Positions 61,660-64,000 of a DNA stretch of 64,000 bases are shown here, piece by piece. This stretch comes from Candidatus Eiseniibacteriota bacterium. GTDB lineage: Bacteria; Eisenbacteria; RBG-16-71-46. Location of the stretch: positions 736,001-800,000 of the forward strand of contig CAVZLN010000003.1 in the NCBI GenBank assembly GCA_963776245.1, written 5' to 3'. The translations under genes and the position numbers were made by a program. The notes below the pieces were generated by a model. It did not search any database. It saw only the letters and a list, made by a program, of their open reading frames with translations, and was not told the DNA's origin. How positions within the stretch are numbered: the stretch's first letter is position 1; each line of letters starts with the position of its first letter.

Positions 61660-62079
61660 TCAGATGCTCGTGACGGTGTGCGGGGTCGTGGTGCTCGGGT
61701 CGTTGTTGGTCCAGGTCACCTTCCCGCCGGTGTGAAGCGTGACCGGGGACGGACTGAACGGGGGCATCGCCGCCATGCCCTGGATGCTCACCGTCATGAC
61801 CGTGTCCCCCGCGGGCGCCGCGTCGCTGACCGTGACCGATCCCGTCATCGTGGGGTGGATGGTGCACCGGTAGTTGAACGTCCCGGCCGCGAAGAACCGA
61901 TGGGTGTAGGTCGCGGAGTGAGCCAGGCTGGGAGAGTCGAGCTCCTTCACGACCGGCGGCGCCGTCGGGCCCGCACCACCCCCGCCGCTGCTGGTGCCAC
62001 CCCCGCAGGAAGAGAGCGCGGTGAGCGCGCCGAACAAGGCGACGGCGGCCAGGGCGATGAGGATGCGACGGTGACGCAT
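61660..62079 (-). CDS. plastocyanin/amicyanin-like cupredoxin lipoprotein, circularly permuted (139 aa)
   Basis: GGAGG SD, lipobox LSSC; YRCTIHPTMTG and FSP..VTWTNND..HTV motifs. Confidence 0.85.
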   Translation of the reverse strand: MRHRRILIALAAVALFGALTALSSCGGGTSSGGGGAGPTAPPVVKELDSPSLAHSATYTHRFFAAGTFNYRCTIHPTMTGSVTVSDAAPAGDTVMTVSIQGMAAMPPFSPSPVTLHTGGKVTWTNNDPSTTTPHTVTSI

Positions 62080-62226
62080 GGGTTCCTCCGCACGGCATTC
62101 CACTCGCGACAGGGGGTCCGGCAAGGCCGGTTCTCTGTGTGGATGGCCGAGGTGCTCGCGCGATGCCGACGAACTGGGTGCGGGCCCCGGAGTTCGCCGG
62201 CGCCTGACCCGGGCCCGGCGGGGCAG

Positions 62227-63255
62227 TCAGTCCATCCAGCGCAGGTCGGTCCCCGCCGCGAGCGTGACGGCCGGGAAGTTCCAGCGCCAGGCCTGCACCG
62301 AGCCGCGGTCGGGTTCGAGCCACAGCACGCCGACGTCGCGCCGGCCCGTGGCGAATCGCTCCGCGTCCGAACGGCCCATCACCCAGAGGGCCCGCGCCAG
62401 CGCCTGGGCGCGCGCCGCCGAGCGCGCCACCACGGTGACCGACGCATCGGAGAACACCGGCATCCCGGAGCGCGGATCGAGGGTGCGCGACCGCGGGCCG
62501 AAGGTGGCGACCGCCGCCTGTCGTACGTACAGGTGGAGCAGCACGCGCCCGGGCTCCAGCGGGTCGGGCACCAGGAGCCCCCAGCCGTCGCCCTCGTCGG
62601 CGAACGCCGCCGTGACCTCGCCCAGCTCGAGGCGGGCACGCCGCATGCCCCCGGCGCGCAGCGAGTCGAGCGCACGGTCGAGGGCGACCCCGGGGCCCAC
62701 GCCCCCGAGATCGAGTGCCATGCCGACGCGGGGGAAGCGGACCGCGCGCGCGCCGGGCTCGAGATGGAGCAGCCGCCAGCCGCTGCACTCGCGCGCGCGG
62801 TTCAGTGCCGCGGGGTCGGGGCGCGCGGTGCCGGACTCGTCCCACGCCCGCTCCAGGGGCAGCGCGGTCGGGTCGTAGGTCCCGTCGCTCTCCTGCGCCA
62901 CGGCGAGCGCCGCGGCCAGCGCGCTCCACAACGCGGGCGAGCACTCGACCAGCGAGTCGGACGCGGCCGCATCGAGGCGGGACAGCTCGCTGGTGGGACT
63001 GCCGCGATCGAGCGCGGCGCTCAGTCCGGCGAGGTCGTCCAGCGCCCCGGCGAGCACCGCGGTGGCGTGCGCGCGCAGGCGGGCTTCGGCCAGCGCGATG
63101 CACGTGGTTCCGAACGCGGGCCGGGTCGCCTCGGCCATCTCGAGCACCCGCGTCCTGGGCTCGGGTCGCGGCTTGGCGAGCGATGCGGATGCGAGCACGA
63201 GCGCGGCCACCGCGATCCAGCCCGCGGCGATGCGGATGCCCTTCGAGCGTGCCAT
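62227..63255 (-). CDS. ApbE-like FAD:protein FMN transferase homolog (degenerate motifs)
   Basis: SELSRL, GTYDPT, GMALDLGG, DPRSG, SVTVVA; signal peptide; ATG 63255. Confidence 0.75.
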   Translation of the reverse strand: MARSKGIRIAAGWIAVAALVLASASLAKPRPEPRTRVLEMAEATRPAFGTTCIALAEARLRAHATAVLAGALDDLAGLSAALDRGSPTSELSRLDAAASDSLVECSPALWSALAAALAVAQESDGTYDPTALPLERAWDESGTARPDPAALNRARECSGWRLLHLEPGARAVRFPRVGMALDLGGVGPGVALDRALDSLRAGGMRRARLELGEVTAAFADEGDGWGLLVPDPLEPGRVLLHLYVRQAAVATFGPRSRTLDPRSGMPVFSDASVTVVARSAARAQALARALWVMGRSDAERFATGRRDVGVLWLEPDRGSVQAWRWNFPAVTLAAGTDLRWMD

Positions 63256-63310
63256 GGATCCCTCCCGCGCGAGCCAGTACCGCGCCCACGCCCGCAGGTC
63301 AAACGCCGGG

Positions 63311-63895
63311 TCAGTGACCGTGGTGGCGCGGGGCATCGAGCATCAGCCACCACACCAGCACCAGCAGCGCCTCGGCGTCGGGCAGCCGCCGGCCGGCGGC
63401 CTCGAGGCGCTGCTCGCCCTCGTAGCGGATGAAAGCGTGACGCATGCGCACGCCGAGCAACTCGAACCCCTCGGCGTCCACGACCGACCCGCTGCGGGCG
63501 AAGAGCGCGGGCTTCCAGCGCAGCGCCGGGCCCGCGGCTCGCTCGATGCGGCCGCCGCGCAGCCAGCCCGGCCGGTAGCGGACCACCGGCTCGCGCTCGC
63601 CCTCGCGGAAGACCTCGTGGAGCCCGAGGAAGCCGCGGCGCCGCAGGCTCCAGCGCGTGTCGCCGGTGTCCACCACGGCGCGGCGCCGCAGGGCTCCCAC
63701 GACCCGGAACGTGGCGAGGCGCTCGCCCTCCGACCACATCTCCCAGAACGGGGACCACCAGCGCCCGCACTGGCGCCACTCGAGCACGCCCGGCCGCGCG
63801 CCGATCGGCACGCGCGCGAAGCCGCCGGACGCCGCATCTCGGGGCGGCGGCGGCGCGGCCGCGGTGGCGATCATCAGTCGGGGACGGAATCTCAT
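63311..63895 (-). CDS. hypothetical protein (beta-rich with C-terminal hydrophobic helix)
   Basis: GGAG SD, protein-like composition, upstream of and co-oriented with the ApbE-like gene. Confidence 0.65.
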   Translation of the reverse strand: MRFRPRLMIATAAAPPPPRDAASGGFARVPIGARPGVLEWRQCGRWWSPFWEMWSEGERLATFRVVGALRRRAVVDTGDTRWSLRRRGFLGLHEVFREGEREPVVRYRPGWLRGGRIERAAGPALRWKPALFARSGSVVDAEGFELLGVRMRHAFIRYEGEQRLEAAGRRLPDAEALLVLVWWLMLDAPRHHGH

Positions 63896-64000
63896 CGCAC
63901 ACGCTCCATGGGGGCGCCTAGGCGCGGGGGGGACGCTTCGCGCTCGCGTCCCCGCCCGCGTCCTTCGGCAGCCGGCCGGACTCCTGCAGCGAGCGGCGCA

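Noticed and set aside
1..64000. Many long overlapping or antisense ORFs (e.g. 31901-39760 -, 20556-25502 -, 55199-59386 -, 52882-56682 +, 7536-9947 +)
   Set aside because: Arg/Gly/Ala/Pro-rich shadow frames of real genes, expected at this GC content; no motifs

Overview
Very GC-rich bacterial DNA, densely coding. No rRNA, tRNA, CRISPR array or mobile element was recognised. A secreted protein with a 'YPNPF...FDVAGRRV...GLYFYR' C-terminal sorting domain suggests an FCB-related lineage such as Ca. Eisenbacteria (inference). Two loci stand out. (1) A tightly coupled minus-strand five-gene operon (3777-11981): di-heme-b-like membrane protein, membrane-anchored 2x[4Fe-4S]/circularly permuted FAD-NAD(P)H oxidoreductase, 20-heme cytochrome c, 28-heme cytochrome c, and an outer-membrane beta-barrel. 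This is a candidate complete cytoplasm-to-exterior electron conduit, with a Rex-like operator upstream. (2) A ~21 kb gene (18871-39862) for a ~7,000-aa repetitive secreted protein, broken into four ORFs by three single-base indels. The rest comprises a P1B-4 ATPase, arginase, S9 peptidase (one indel), GAF-HTH regulator without AAA+ domain, ada-alkA/ogt, ArnT-like glycosyltransferase, a 45-aa membrane protein missed by the ORF track, ECF sigma/anti-sigma/PDZ, orphan cytochrome b, DCC protein, IorAB-like Mo enzyme, tricorn protease, cold-shock protein, HEAT + HD-GYP pair, circularly permuted cupredoxin and a degenerate ApbE. All calls come from motif recognition by eye; no database searches were run.
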